DNA from: Felis catus
Lineage: Eukaryota
Assembly: GCF_018350175.1 (NCBI RefSeq)
Contig: NC_058383.1
Location: 14,200,001-14,264,000 of the forward strand
Direction of reading: 5' to 3'
DNA: 64,000 bases
Within the stretch, counting starts at the first letter, position 1. Every line of letters begins with the position of its first letter. The position numbers and the translations under genes are program-made. The notes under the pieces were generated by a model. That model did not search any database. It saw only the letters and a list, made by a program, of their open reading frames with translations, and had not been told where the DNA came from. Below are positions 37,303 to 49,444 of the stretch, piece by piece.

Positions 37303-37730
37303 TGTGTTAGTTTCTCAGGACTTTGGTGACACATCGACCACAAACTGGGTGGGCTTACAACAATGAGCATCTGTTCTCTCAGATTTCTGGAGCCTCAAAG
37401 TCTGAAGTCAAGGTGTCCGTGGGGCCGTGCTTCCTCTGAAGTTCCAGGGAAGGATCCTTGCCTTTTCTAAAAGCTCCCGGTGGCTGCGGGCCATCCTGAC
37501 TGTTCCTCGTCTTGTAGGGGCATCACTCCAATCGGTGGTTCCATCTTTACATGAACCTCTTCATCTGTGTGCGTGCCCTTTTCTTATAAGGACGTCAGTT
37601 GTTGGATTTAGGGCCCATCCTAATCTATCATGACTTCATCTTAATTACATCGGCAAAGACTTCATTGCCAAATGAGGTCACATTCTGAAGTTCCTGAATT
37701 TGGGGGGGGGGGACACTGCAACCATTACAA
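37303..37730 (-). mobile_element. MLT1C-like LTR (first copy of duplicated block)
   Basis: CCACAAACTGGGTGG, TTCTTATAAGGAC..TTGGATTTAGGGCCCA, AAATGAGGTCACATTCTG. Confidence 0.9.
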
Positions 37731-38504
37731 CCCTGTGTGTCTGTCTGACTTCGGAACCATGTCTTCTCTGATGCCCTGTGCAGGCTACAGCGTGAGGCTT
37801 CCGTGGAGGTGTGCCCCAGCCTGGAGGAGCAGAGGAAGACAGGGGAAAACAGGGTCTGGGGGCGGGGAGAAACTTCCACCAGCGGGTGACATTTGGCTTT
37901 GTGAACGTTCTTCGTGCTATTTGGCACGTCAGCTTTCTTGCCTTGTCGTGTCTGCGCTGGAGATTTTACCTTTCGTCAAAATTAAAGAGTTCTCTGACTC
38001 ATTTAATGTCTATTTCACAGTCCTCTTTGACATTAACCTGGAATTCTTTGTTTGTGTTTGGCCAATATATCTCGGGGCGTGCTTTTAATTGGTCTGGGTG
38101 GTGATGTTTCGAGCGTGTTTTTGTACGAGGACAGGGAGTAGCATTTTCTGTCCTGTTGGGAGCTTTTTACCTTTGGATGGGAGGGAGGAACATATAGGGA
38201 GGGGCGTCCCTGAGGCTGTGGGAGGGAATGGGGGCCAGGGCGCAGGAGGGCACAGGGAGCCCCACTCTTAATTTCCTCTGGTCTTCACGGTACCTACCTC
38301 GCAGGGGCAATAATCCTCCTAGTGCCTTGGAAGTTGAGGTGTTAAGCAACCTCCCTGTGGTCACGTGGCTTATTGGTGGCATCGCCAGGTTAGGTCACTG
38401 TCCCAGCGTGCCTCTACTGTCCACTCCCACCAGGACAGGAAGGCGGCAGACGAGGGCGGAAGTGAAAAAAAATCAGGGTTAGGACATGGATTTAGAAGTC
38501 TATT

Positions 38505-39020
38505 TGTCTAGTCATCGAGGCCCTCTTGGTTCCAAGTGACGGTAAAACCACTTTATCCCTGATTAAACATGAAAAGGAGGAGGCAGGAATTTATTAGCTC
38601 CTGTAACTGGGAAGTCTAGGCTTGGGATGAGGTCAGATCCAGGCGTTCAAGCGATGTCTTCAAGACTCTGCCCCCTTTCTATCTGGTAGACAGGCTTTCT
38701 CCACCTGGGAGCTAAGGTGGGAGCTGGAGGAAGAGACTCCTCTGGGAAAGTTCCATCAGAGAAGTCTTAGGAAAGTCTCTGGTCTGGATTGAGGCGCATG
38801 TCTATCTCTGAACCGCTCATAGGGGCTGGGGATCTAGGGTTTGTGATAGGACTGGTCTTTATCACACGCCCACTCGTGCCTTAAGAGAGTAGGGTCACCC
38901 TCGTCTGCCTAGGGTGCGCCTTCACATGGAGGAGAGGAGTTCTGTTCCCGCTAGAAGGGGGTCAGGATGCTGCACAGGGAAGAGCCACAGATGCCCGGAG
39001 GTGGTGGTGGTCTTACCATG
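38505..39020 (-). mobile_element. MLT1K/L-like ancient LTR
   Basis: TTGGTTCCAAGTGAC, GGAATTTATTAGCTCCTGTAACTGGGAAGTC. Confidence 0.65.
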
Positions 39021-39214
39021 AGAGGAGATCGCTTCAGCCCGTGAATGCAAAAGAGTTGGAAAAGTTGGAACCACAGGAGCAGCTCTTGGGAAAGCCTGGG
39101 GCTCCAGGTTGGAGAAGCAGTCAGAGGGGAGGCGGGGCTGAAATGAACATGGTGTTATTCCACGGTGCCAAATAGCACGCTGGGCACCGTCTGGGTGGAC
39201 TGTGGATCCAGATG

Positions 39215-39540
39215 TAGGCTGTCTCCTCTCTGGCTTCTGTAACAAAAATATCACGGACCCGGGGGGGGGGCTCAGACAACAAACATTCGTTCCTCCCAGC
39301 CCGGGAGGACCAGCATACCAGGAAGTGGCTCCTCCCCATATGTCCACCTCCTCTCCGTATCCTCATCTGGCAGAGAGCTGAGAGGCGGGGCTGGCTGTAT
39401 GACTATCAATCCCCTCACGGGTTCCCCCCTCGTGACCCCATTACCTCCTGAAGACCCTACCATCACATTAGGGTTTCCATTTGTGAGTCTTAGGGAGATG
39501 GGGGGTGGGGGGCGGGGGGCGCAAATATTCAGTCTTTAGC
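39215..39540 (-). mobile_element. MLT1A-like LTR
   Basis: CTGTAACAAAAATATCAC, CCCTCGTGACCCCATTACCTCC, ACCATCACATTAGGG, ATATTCAGTC. Confidence 0.75.
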
Positions 39541-40539
39541 AGGAGGCGCGGCGGGGTGGGGGTGGGGGTGGGGGTGGGGGGAGCAACGGCCAGGCCAAAA
39601 AAGGAGAATGTGTTCATAGATGGGCCAGTAGAACATTTCCGCCTTGATATATACACAAATCGATTACATTTCAAGGCCTCCCTTGAAAGTTAACTTCGGG
39701 AGAAACCCATCAGCCACCCTCGCTCTACACTCTGGCCGATTCCCTGTGCCGCCACCGGCCCTAGAGCGTGGGCCTGGTGAGTTGCACAGGTCGAGGCGAT
39801 CCCGATGGCCTTCCCCTGCTGTTGGAGGAGAGGTGGCCATCTCGGATCGCCAGCATGTGGCTGCCCCTCTGAGGAAGGGAGACAGAATGCCCTTTAGCTC
39901 AAAGGAATTGGCCCCCTTGAGCTCCAGCTCAGTGCAGACAGGAAAGTAGCCCACGTGCCGGAATCTGAAAATGTCCAGATGTGGATGCGTGGGCCCGAGA
40001 CGGGTCATTTGAGACGTGCTGCTGTGGCCTGGCCTGGACTTGGCTCCTGCATGCCGTGGTGGCCCAGAGCATGACAGGGCCCGTGAGGCAGCTTCTCGGT
40101 TGAACTAATGAATATCACATAGCGGTGCATTGTCTCTTTTATTCGTGCTTTTCTGCCATCCCTTCACCTTTTCCTTTTGATCATATCACTGGATTAAGCC
40201 CTTTCTGAAGTCAACTGGCGTGTCAATGCACCACGGTTTCCTTATGCTGGAAATTGTGTCAGTAGTTCTGAATTTGGGAGAAAATTATATATATTTTCTG
40301 ATATCAGAAAAATCCATTTTGACCTAACCACCTCCCTGTGTGGGAACAATCTTCTACTCAGTGTTTTGAAAATTCATTTGTAGTGGGGAAAAAAAAAGGG
40401 GTCCAGAGATTGCAGGTTATCCTCCTGGGATGAAGACGAGCCGTCTTCAGGAGCCAATTCTATTCTGGAACGAACCTGGTTCCTTCTCATTCCCGTGAGG
40501 GTCCAGGGGACCGGTTGTCCCCCATGTGTTCACTGTTTC

Positions 40540-40767
40540 TTTAAAAAATTTTTTTTAATGTTTATTTTTGAGAGAGAGAGAGAGAGAGAGGGAGACAGAA
40601 TGCGAGTGGGTTAGGGGCAGAGAGAGAGGGAGACACAGAATCCGGAGCAGGCTCCAGGCTCTGAGCTGTCAGCCCGAGCCCGACACGGGGCTCGAACTCA
40701 CCAACCGTGAGATCATGACCTAAGCTGAAGTGGAATACCCAACCGACTGAGCTACCCAGGCGCCCCA
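40540..40767 (-). mobile_element. Carnivore SINE
   Basis: TSD GTGTTC(A/C)CTGTTTCTTT. Confidence 0.96.
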
Positions 40768-41217
40768 GTGTTCCCTGTTTCTTTCATAAGGTTTTCCAAG
40801 CTTCCCCTGGGTGATAAATGAGAACTCCACTTTCCCTGGGCTCCTGGGTCTTTGCCGAATCTTGCATTCATGGGAATAAACTCAAGAAGCACCCACATGG
40901 TGAAGGTTGCTGTGTGAAATCCCAGACTCATTTAGTGGGATGCTTTCTTCTGTGAGCTAAACTCAGGCAAAAGCCTGTTCGTCCCAATGGTGATTGGCGT
41001 GCTTGCACCCCCGACAGCGAGAGTGAGACCTTATTTCCAGCTCGGTTTAGCAAACATGTGGGATTCAAGACACAGCTCCATGAGGACCTTGTGCCCAGTG
41101 GGAGAGACAGGGATTGAACCAGGGCATCAGCAGAGTGTGGGCACAGCAGTGCTAGGGAGAAGGGAAAGTGCTGTAGCGTTGTGTCAGGCATTTGGTGGAT
41201 GCTCCTTCCATATTGGT

Positions 41218-41402
41218 TGAATGGATGGATGGATGGATGGATGGATGAATGGATGGGTGGATGGATGGATGGATGGATGGATGGGTGGATGGATGGATGG
41301 GTGGATGGATGGATGGATGGATGGATGGGTGGATGGATGGATGGATGAATGGATGGATGGATGGATGGATGGGTGGATGGATGGATGAATGGATGGATGG
41401 AC
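41218..41402 (+). repeat. (GGAT)n tetranucleotide microsatellite at a probable L2 3' end
   Basis: About 45 units with GGGT/GAAT variants; preceded by an L2-like end TATTGGTTGAATG. Confidence 0.95.
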
Positions 41403-42130
41403 AGAAGGGCCTCAGCCAGACTGGACAGCATGTTTATATGGCAAAGGGAAAACCTAGCGCAAAGGAGGAGGAAGGCAGTGCAAATGGGGGAGAGGGGGTT
41501 GGAGAGAATGTCTCACGTGGACTCCAGACTTGGGTGAGCAAAGCAGCTGTGATGTGCCTTAACCATGTGGTTCCCAGGACATATTTCTCCCTCTTCCTTG
41601 CTCTTACAATTTGTGCTTCTATTTTTTGTCTTGGGTTAATTATTTTAATTGATTATACTGCAAGCTGCCTTCACATTATCCTCCTATGTAGGTGTGTGCA
41701 TATAAATCAGTTAAAAAAAAAAAGTTAGGTTTTTCATTGAGTTAGAAAAGCCAGGCTCGCCTCTCTGGGAGTCAGCATCATTGTGCACTTGGGTAAGATT
41801 ATTTTTCGATCTCTTCCAGACAAAGTATTTTCTCACAGGGTTCTCGACAAAGGGTTCCGTGAGCTTTCATGGTTAGAAGGTTCTTTCTCTTCCATAGAAC
41901 TGTTCTACCCTCTGCTGCTCAAATCCGTTTTCTTTCGGTCCATGGTGGAGATGCTTTAAAATTAAAGCGTTTGTTTTTATGAAAGGAAACTCTGAACTTC
42001 TTTTCATAACTCAGCCAACTATTCGAAGGAACAAACATTAGAGCACTGATGTGGTCTAACCCTGATTCAGAGTTTACTGGGGCTTGAAGCTTATACCATT
42101 TTGACTTCCCTTTTTAAAAAAAGGAATGCA

Positions 42131-42348
42131 GGGGCGCCTGGGTGGCTCACTAGGTGGAGCATCTGACTTCGGCTCGGGTCATGATCTCACGGTACGTGAG
42201 TTCGAGCCCTGCATTGGGCTCTGTGCTGACAGCTCAGAGCCTGGAGCCTGCTTCGGATTCTGTGTCTCCCTCTCTCTCTGCCCCTCCCCTGCTCGTGCTC
42301 TGTCTCTCTCTGTCTTAAAAATAAATAGAAAGATTAAACAAATTTTAA
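42131..42348 (+). mobile_element. Carnivore SINE
   Basis: TSD AAAA(A/G)GGAATGCA. Confidence 0.96.
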
Positions 42349-42676
42349 AAAAGGGAATGCAAATTTAGTAATATGAAATTAGGTGCAGAAGTAAATATCT
42401 AGAATGAGGGAAAACATTTAAAAAAAAAAAAAGCCAAGTTAAAAAAGCTGACAAATATCACAGACATCACAAAGCCTGAGAAAACAGTGTGTTTTTATTA
42501 GCTGCCTGATACACCTTTATAATCCTTTTTCTTATGTTTTTGACCGCATGTTATTATTAGACTTGTCATATGACAACAATTTGGTATGTCCTTTCCTATT
42601 GAGAGAGTATGAAGTAATTCAGTCTCTCATCCTTGGTTGATTGATCCTTCTCTTTTTTTTTAAAGAGTTGATGCTT

Positions 42677-42862
42677 GGGGCATCTGGGTGGCTCAGTCGG
42701 TTAAGAGTCCCACTCTTGATTTCGGCTCAGGTCATGATCTCGCAGTTTGTGAGATTGAGCCCTGCGTCGGGCTCTGTGCTGACAGTGTGGAGCCTGCTTG
42801 GGACTCCCTTTCTCCCTGTCTCTCTTTCTCTCTGTCTCCAAATAAATAAATAAACTTAAAAA
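42677..42862 (+). mobile_element. Carnivore SINE (older)
   Basis: TSD GAGTTGAT(G/A)CTT. Confidence 0.95.
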
Positions 42863-44584
42863 AAGGAGTTGATACTTAAGAAAATTAATTTTAGCCTCAC
42901 CACTCAGTATTGGCAATGTCCTCTAAATTTTAGGATTGTTGTCGAATTTGGGGTGGCTCCTATCCATTTGCTATATGAGCTGTAGGATTTCAAGGCTTTC
43001 GCTTTTTTTTTTTTTTTTTTTTGTGGTCACTTGTATTAAATATACTTTGAATTGATGACATTATGAGCCTTCTTGGAAGCTATTCCTACCCCAGGGAAGC
43101 TCACCATTATATGAAAGACGGAGAACTGTCAAACGCGGATCTCACTGACCTTAAAAATAAATGTGTTCCCAGCTTAAATGTCCCAAATCAGATCCCAAAT
43201 AACCATCTTTTCTGGTATTCCTCCCCACCATTGTGGGGGGGTGGGGAACTGTCACAAAAGAAGACAGGGCACTTAGCCAATTGCGATGAAAATATTTTGC
43301 TTTTGCAAATTTTAGAGAAACCTCTGACCATGTGCACTCACTGTTAGCACCCTTTCAAGGGCCTAGCAGGGGCCCGTGTACGTGAGGGACCCTGAAGCGT
43401 AAGCTTACTCAATAGCTTCGTGGTAAATCCTAGCTCAGTATTCGTTGATTACTTCTGAATGTGAATATTTACTAAGCCCTCCCGGGTGAGGGAGCTGGGA
43501 TTGCACACCCTGGTGTTTTCTCTTCTCTAATGGACCTCTAAAATTAAAAAAAGAATTTTTTTTTCTTTTTCCCTTGAAATAGGCATTAAGAATACTTGCC
43601 CAAATGATAATTACATTTCCTAACATCTGTGTGGTGGTTTACAATTTGCAAGGGATCACAGGGCTTTATTTTATCTCCACTCCACTCCAGCCCTGTGAGC
43701 TAGACAGGGCCAGTATTATTCCTGTGTGCAAATGAGGAAGCTCGCTCTGAGCCGGCCGCGGCTCCCATCTGCCTCTCAGGAGGTTCCGCCTGCAGCAGGG
43801 GGCATCTAGGTGTGAGCAGGGACCACGGGGCACCATCCCGAGGCCCATGACGGTGCTGGCTCCAGCTGGCCCGTGTCCTCATCTGTCAAGGAGCGATGAC
43901 CTCCTAGAGGTGACCCTCGGGCCCTTTTCCTACCCTGTCCTCTACTTGGTCCAGAGCAGGGTTCCTGCCTCTTGTCTCAGATCCAAATACCGGTAAAGGG
44001 GCTTTTCTCTCCCTTATTTCTCTGCTTTGGTAACCTTCTCCTTCCTGGCATCATCCCGAAATTCTCTCACTGTGTCTTTTCCGGAATGTGAGCCCGGAGC
44101 CGGCTGGATCGTGGTGGAAATGATTTCCCTGCTCCTCGGATTTCAGAAGCACGTCCCCGACTGGCAGGCTGTTGCGGCTGCTGTGGGTGCCCTGGGCCCA
44201 AGGGCAGTGCGGTGGCCCTGCTTTTTGGACAGGTTCTCTTGACTGTGGTTCCACTGCCTTGCCTCCTGCTTTGATGCACACGTGCGTCCGGGCATTCACA
44301 GGGTCCCACAGTTTCAGAACCGGGTTAGAGCAAATACGCATTGCTGGCAGAAGTGTAGCCGGAAGGTGCAGGAGAGGGGAGTCCATTGTGGACTCCAGGA
44401 ACATTCTGGTTCTGGATACATTTCTTTCGAGGAGACTAACCTCTCATCATATTTTTAAAAAATTATCTATTTAAATAATGCTGAAACATGCTTTAGTTCA
44501 TATAATTGAAAAAGACTGTAAACTACATAATTCATTGTGCCCATTATTTACCTATGGGGAAACTGAGGTCCAGTGATGGGTGGT

Positions 44585-44735
44585 TAGGAGAGAGGTAGAG
44601 AGAGAATCTCAAGCAGGCTCTGCCCTGTCAGCACAGAGCCCCATGTGGGGCTCGAACTCACAAAACCATGAGATGACAACATGAGCTGAATCTGAGAGTC
44701 AGACGCTTAACCAACTGACCCACCCAGGAGCCCCC
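44585..44735 (-). mobile_element. Carnivore SINE lacking its tail
   Basis: Body and head only; abuts a MIR fragment (GGGAAACTGAGG). Confidence 0.85.
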
Positions 44736-44794
44736 ATAGTTTAATATTTATATGTAAGTGTTTTTTCCTTCTTTTAGTTTTCTTTTTTCTTTTC

Positions 44795-44995
44795 CAATTT
44801 AAAAACATTTTTTATTTTAGAGAGAGAGGAAAAAAAAAGAGCAGGGGAGAGGGGCAGAGGGAGAGAGAGGAAAGATCTCAAGCAGGCTCCACGCTGAGCT
44901 CCCACGCAGGGCTCAATCCCACAATCCTGGGATCGTGACCTGAGCCGAAATCAAGAGTCGGGTGCTCAACTGACTGAGCCACCCAGGCAACCCTC
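44795..44995 (-). mobile_element. Carnivore SINE (older)
   Basis: TSD CTTTTCCAA. Confidence 0.92.
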
Positions 44996-45153
44996 CTTTT
45001 CCAAATTTTTATGTTTTTATCATAAAAGTGACATAGCATAAAATTCATCCTTTAAACCAAAGTGGGTTTTAATGTATTTCCATGCTGTACAGCTATCACC
45101 ACCGTCTAATTCCAGAATGCTTTCATCAGTCCCGAAAGAAACCCCATGGCTTC

Positions 45154-45530
45154 GGCGCCTGGGTGGCTCAGTCGGTTAAGTGTCCAACTTCAGCTCAGGT
45201 CATGACCTCCCCGTTTGTGAGTTCAAGCCCTGCTTTGGGCTCTCCACTGTCAGCATAGAACCTGCTTTGGATGCTCTGTTACCCTCTCTCTCTGCCTCTA
45301 CTCTGATAGCCCTCTCTCTCTCTCAAATAAACAAGCTTAAAAAAAAAGAAAGAAAGAAAGACACCCCATAGCTCTGGCGCCTGGGTGGCTCTGTCTGTTA
45401 AGTGTCCAACTTCAGTTCAGGTTATGACCTCCCGGTTTGTGAGTTCAAGCCCTGCTTTGGGCTCTCCGCTGTCAGCATAGAACCGCTTTGGATCCTCTGT
45501 TACCCTCTCTGTCTGCCTCTACCCTGATAG

Positions 45531-45579
<49 letters not shown>

Positions 45580-45610
45580 AAACAAGCTTAAGGAAAAAAA
45601 AAAAAGAAAG
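45154..45610 (+). mobile_element. Two tandem near-identical SINE copies inside an antisense L1 3' end
   Basis: Shared private motifs CTGATAGCCCTCTC and AAATAAACAAGCTTAA; three TSD-like copies. Confidence 0.95.
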
Positions 45611-46254
45611 AAAGAAACCCCACAGCTATTAGCCCTTGAATTACAGGTGGATGTGTCCTCTTTCAACTTCATGAGGAGCGTCTTTGGCAAGATTTCTGCC
45701 CAGGCAGGATGTTCCGGAATGTGTTGCTTGTTGAACGAGCCCTGGATCGCAAAGCCTTCTGTCTCATGGCGGACCTTGCACGGGGAGGGGGATGGGAGGC
45801 CCTGGCCAGACTTCATCGGAGTGGTGGTGGTGGGGGGGGGGGAAATAGATGCCCGTGGAGCCCCCTGTGCTTTCCAAGCCCTGGTGAGCCACAGCCAGTG
45901 CGTCAGGAAAGAGCTGAGCTGCAGCGGGACTGTCTGCAGAGAGGCAGCGTGCCACAGTCCTGGTCGTCTGGTCTATTAAAAGCTCCCTCGACACCTTTGG
46001 CAAAAGCACCAGTGTTGGCTGGTCACATCCTGCTTTGGATCCTTAGCTTCTGCCTCTGAAAACCCTCCTCGCTGTTCCCTTTGCATGTGTTGTTTTGTTC
46101 TGAGTCTCTCTGCTGTGGATTACTCTTGTTCTGCAGGCTCGTGTGCGCAGACCCCAGAGAGCCGCGTTCCGTTACCCAAGGCGGTCATTGGAACCCGTGT
46201 GGTTGGACGGGCGCGACGCCGGCCTGCGTGCTCATCTTGGCCCCCTGCCCGGCG

Positions 46255-46460
46255 CTGTGACCCTGACTGAGTCACTCACCTTCTCTGGGCCTTGGTTTGC
46301 TCGTTTCTAAGGGAGTTGGTCGGAACAGATGATCTGAAAGTAATAACACCTGCTTTACAGGCGTGGTCGGGATTAAATGAGATAATGCCTGCAAATCCTT
46401 TCGCACAATGCCTGGCACATCGCTTACGTGTCCCCCAAACACTGTTAATATAAACATACC
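46255..46460 (+). mobile_element. MIR
   Basis: GCTGTGACCCTG..GTCACTCACCTTCTCTGGGCCT; GGATTAAATGAGATAATG; AATGCCTGGCACAT. Confidence 0.85.
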
Positions 46461-46499
46461 TATCCTTATTAATAAAGTAACAGTAATAAACTGGCTCAT

Positions 46500-48560
46500 C
46501 TGTCCAGAATTAACTCCTAAATAGCCGATGTCCCAACCCCATTTGGTAAATAATTTGTAACACTATCTTTATCATATATTACCTTTATTTATTAGAATAG
46601 GTTTTCATTTTGACTTATTTTAGTTATAGTGGCTTTATTAAACTTGAGAAATTTTTTTAGCATTTATTTATTTTTGAGAGACAGAGACAGAGCATGAGCA
46701 GGGGAGGGGCGGAGAGAGAGGGAGGCACAGAATCCGAAGCAGGCTCCAGGCTGTGAGCGGTCGGCACAGAGCCCGACGCGGGGCTTGAACCCACGAACCG
46801 TGAAATCGTGACCTGAGCCGAAGTCAGACGCTCAAGTGACTGAGCCACCCAGGCGCCCCAGCTTTCTTCAAGCTTTTAACATCTTGGAGCAACCCCTCTT
46901 ACCATTTTAAAGAAAAGAATTTTAACTCTTCTTGTCTTTCTCTTCTTCGATACAATTCCTGTAACTTTGTATCGCTTGTGTAGCTGTTTTGTCAGGTTGA
47001 CCCCCGGACCCCACTGGGCTGGTGATCAGAATCGAGTTCTATTACACCTACATCTTGGTTTGTGAAAACGGGCGACCTGGATTCTTTGGTCTTTGCCTCT
47101 AGTAAGAGGATGTACCTTTCCATTGGCTTACGTGTTTTCTGTCTTTCTAAACATGTATTGTCAGGGTTCTTCCTAGACTGTTACTTATTAACTATTTTGA
47201 CTGCTCTTTTCCCCCGTCTTGTGCTCTAATTGGATTTTGCCTCGGGAAAGGTGTTGGTTTTTAAAATTTTATATTGTATTTACCTTATGCCCGCTCGTGT
47301 CTCTGACCTACGCACTAATTTTCAGAATTATTATTTTCATTGTCTTGTGATTTCTATACATATAATCAATGAATGGGCAAAGAATGATAACTTTCCATCC
47401 TTTATAAGGTTGATTTGCCCGAAGATCGTCTCTTTAATTATTTTAAATCATTTTCCATTTATTTATCCAACTGTGCAATTTGTTTTTCTGGTTTCTGATT
47501 CGTTAGTGTCTGCAAAATTTTATCACTGTTTTCCCCTCCCGTTTTCTTTCTTTGTTTTTCTCACTTCTTCAACAGAATGCTTGGGGTTCATTTATTATTA
47601 TTTTTATTTTTTGCTTTAATGAGAAATGTACTTAAGGCCATGAGTTTTACTCTGACTAGATCCGGGTGCATATAACTCTAACATGGATTATTTCCAACCT
47701 AGATATTTTCAAGCGAGTTATCGTGGTAGATTTGGTTTTCTTTTTGGATTCCTAGTTTTCCAGTTCTCCCTCTAGGAGAGTGAGATGGACAGCCGAATAA
47801 AAGGGTCAGTAAGAAGGTGTCACTCTATGTAGGGGGCCACGGAATGCAAGGGCAGACAACAGGCTCTTCAGTGTGGTGCCCCAGACTCTGGGCTGTATAA
47901 GCCTATAAAGGTCTGTGTAGACAATGGCGGTTAATCACAGGATTGTTTTCAAATCTTCATGCAGTGTGGATTCTTTTTCATTGAAAGGTCATTGTTATCA
48001 TCTTGTTTCATTGTGTTGTGGACTGCATGGGGGCTGGCCAATTTTTGCTTCTTAAACATTTTTTAAGGTTCTTTCTTGTGGCCCAATGTGTGATCGGGTG
48101 TTGTAAATGTTCCATGGATGCTTGGGTTGAGAGCATAGCATCTGTTTATAGGATACACGTATTTACGTATACATCCGTTAATTCAACGTTATATATCTCC
48201 AAATGCTTTATGTTATTATTTACGTGGTTATGAACTTGACGTTTCAAGTATTTAAAGAAGTTTCTGGAAAGAGCTGTCTTGTTCATTTTCTCCGACGATT
48301 CTGGTATTCTCTTATCTGCCCCCTACCCCACCCCCGGACATGATAGTCTATGTTAATTATGAATTTTACCTCTTGTTGGTTTATAAGTCATAAGTCCTAT
48401 GCGGTCCTTTGACGTCTTCCCCATACTTTGTACTGTTCCCTCACTCTCAGTCTTTGACTTCCTGGGCAGTATTTTGTTTGTGTTTCTTGTTGCCATTAGT
48501 AATTCTCTTTGACGTTAAGAAGCACCTCTTGAGCCTATAGATCTCTGTTTATCTGAGGCA
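46500..48560 (-). mobile_element. Highly decayed antisense L1ME/L1M5-like fragments
   Basis: T-rich; motifs TTTCTATACATATAATC..GCAAAGAATGATAACTTT and GTGGCCCAATGTGTGATC..TGTAAATGTTCCATG. Confidence 0.6.
46651..46859 (-). mobile_element. Feline SINE
   Basis: Full body and head. Confidence 0.96.
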
Positions 48561-49215
48561 AGAATGAAGTACTTTCTTTTGATTCCTCATTGTGTAGGAG
48601 CCAGTCTAGTATTTCTTACCCCCTCCCCTCACAGACATGCAGGCATGCTTTTGATTAACGAATCTTTGACCTTCGGGACCCAGGGTGTGTGTGTAGGTGT
48701 GTGTGTAGGTGCATGTGTATTATAACATATTACCGTATATTACGGCAGCTTTAACACATACTACAAATACGTATATAAATATAATGTAATAATACACATA
48801 ATATATTGAAATATGGTGGATGTATATCGTTGGGCATAGATGTGTGGACACGCAGACGCGTGCATATACACACGTATTTTTCCTGCCGTGTGGATTGAAC
48901 TCGGCCCCCATCGTGGCACATGAACCTGCCATGCTGGTAGTTTGGTAGATTCCTCCTCCCAAGGCTGCAGATGTCAGGAAAGATATGGACCTAAGCCAAG
49001 TTCTTTAACCCAAGTTCTGCCACTGTGGCTCTAGTGGACTAAGGGGAAGCCTTCCCTCACCCCTACTGCCCACACTTCATTACGTTCAGATGGATTTAGT
49101 GGAAACAGTCGGGGCTCTTTCTCCCCCACCCCGGAGAAGCCATGTCTCACCTGTGGTGTGCTACATCTGCTCTGGGCCTTGATCTTCCCTGAGGCCACAG
49201 ACTCGAAACTGATCT

Positions 49216-49408
49216 TTTAGTTAACGAATGAATTAATTCTTTTAAGTTTACTTATTTTGGGAGATAGAGGGAGAGAGAGAATCTCCAGCAGGCTCTGCCC
49301 CATCAACACAGACCCAATGCGGGGGCTCGATCTCATGAACCTCGAGATCACGCCCTGAGCCCAAATCAAGAGTCAGATGCTTCACCGATGGAGCCACCCA
49401 GGCGCCCC
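49216..49408 (-). mobile_element. Carnivore SINE (older)
   Basis: TSD TC(G/A)AAAC(T/C)GATCT. Confidence 0.92.
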
Positions 49409-49444
49409 TCAAAACCGATCTCATAAAACAAGAGGGATTTGGAT

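Larger units (their letters stand above)
42058..43438 (-). mobile_element. Zaphod-family (MER115/MER118-like) hAT-Tip100 remnant interrupted by two SINEs
   Basis: End GGGGCTTGAAGCTTATACCATT; other end GGCCCGTGTACGTGAGGGACCCTGAAGCGTAAGCTT...GGTAAATCC; minus-strand PNSTTILK/TLPILSGEAKINF resembles the hAT dimerisation motif. Confidence 0.85.

Noticed and set aside
40928..41728. MDGW and HPSI repeat ORFs
   Set aside because: Translation of the (GGAT)n microsatellite
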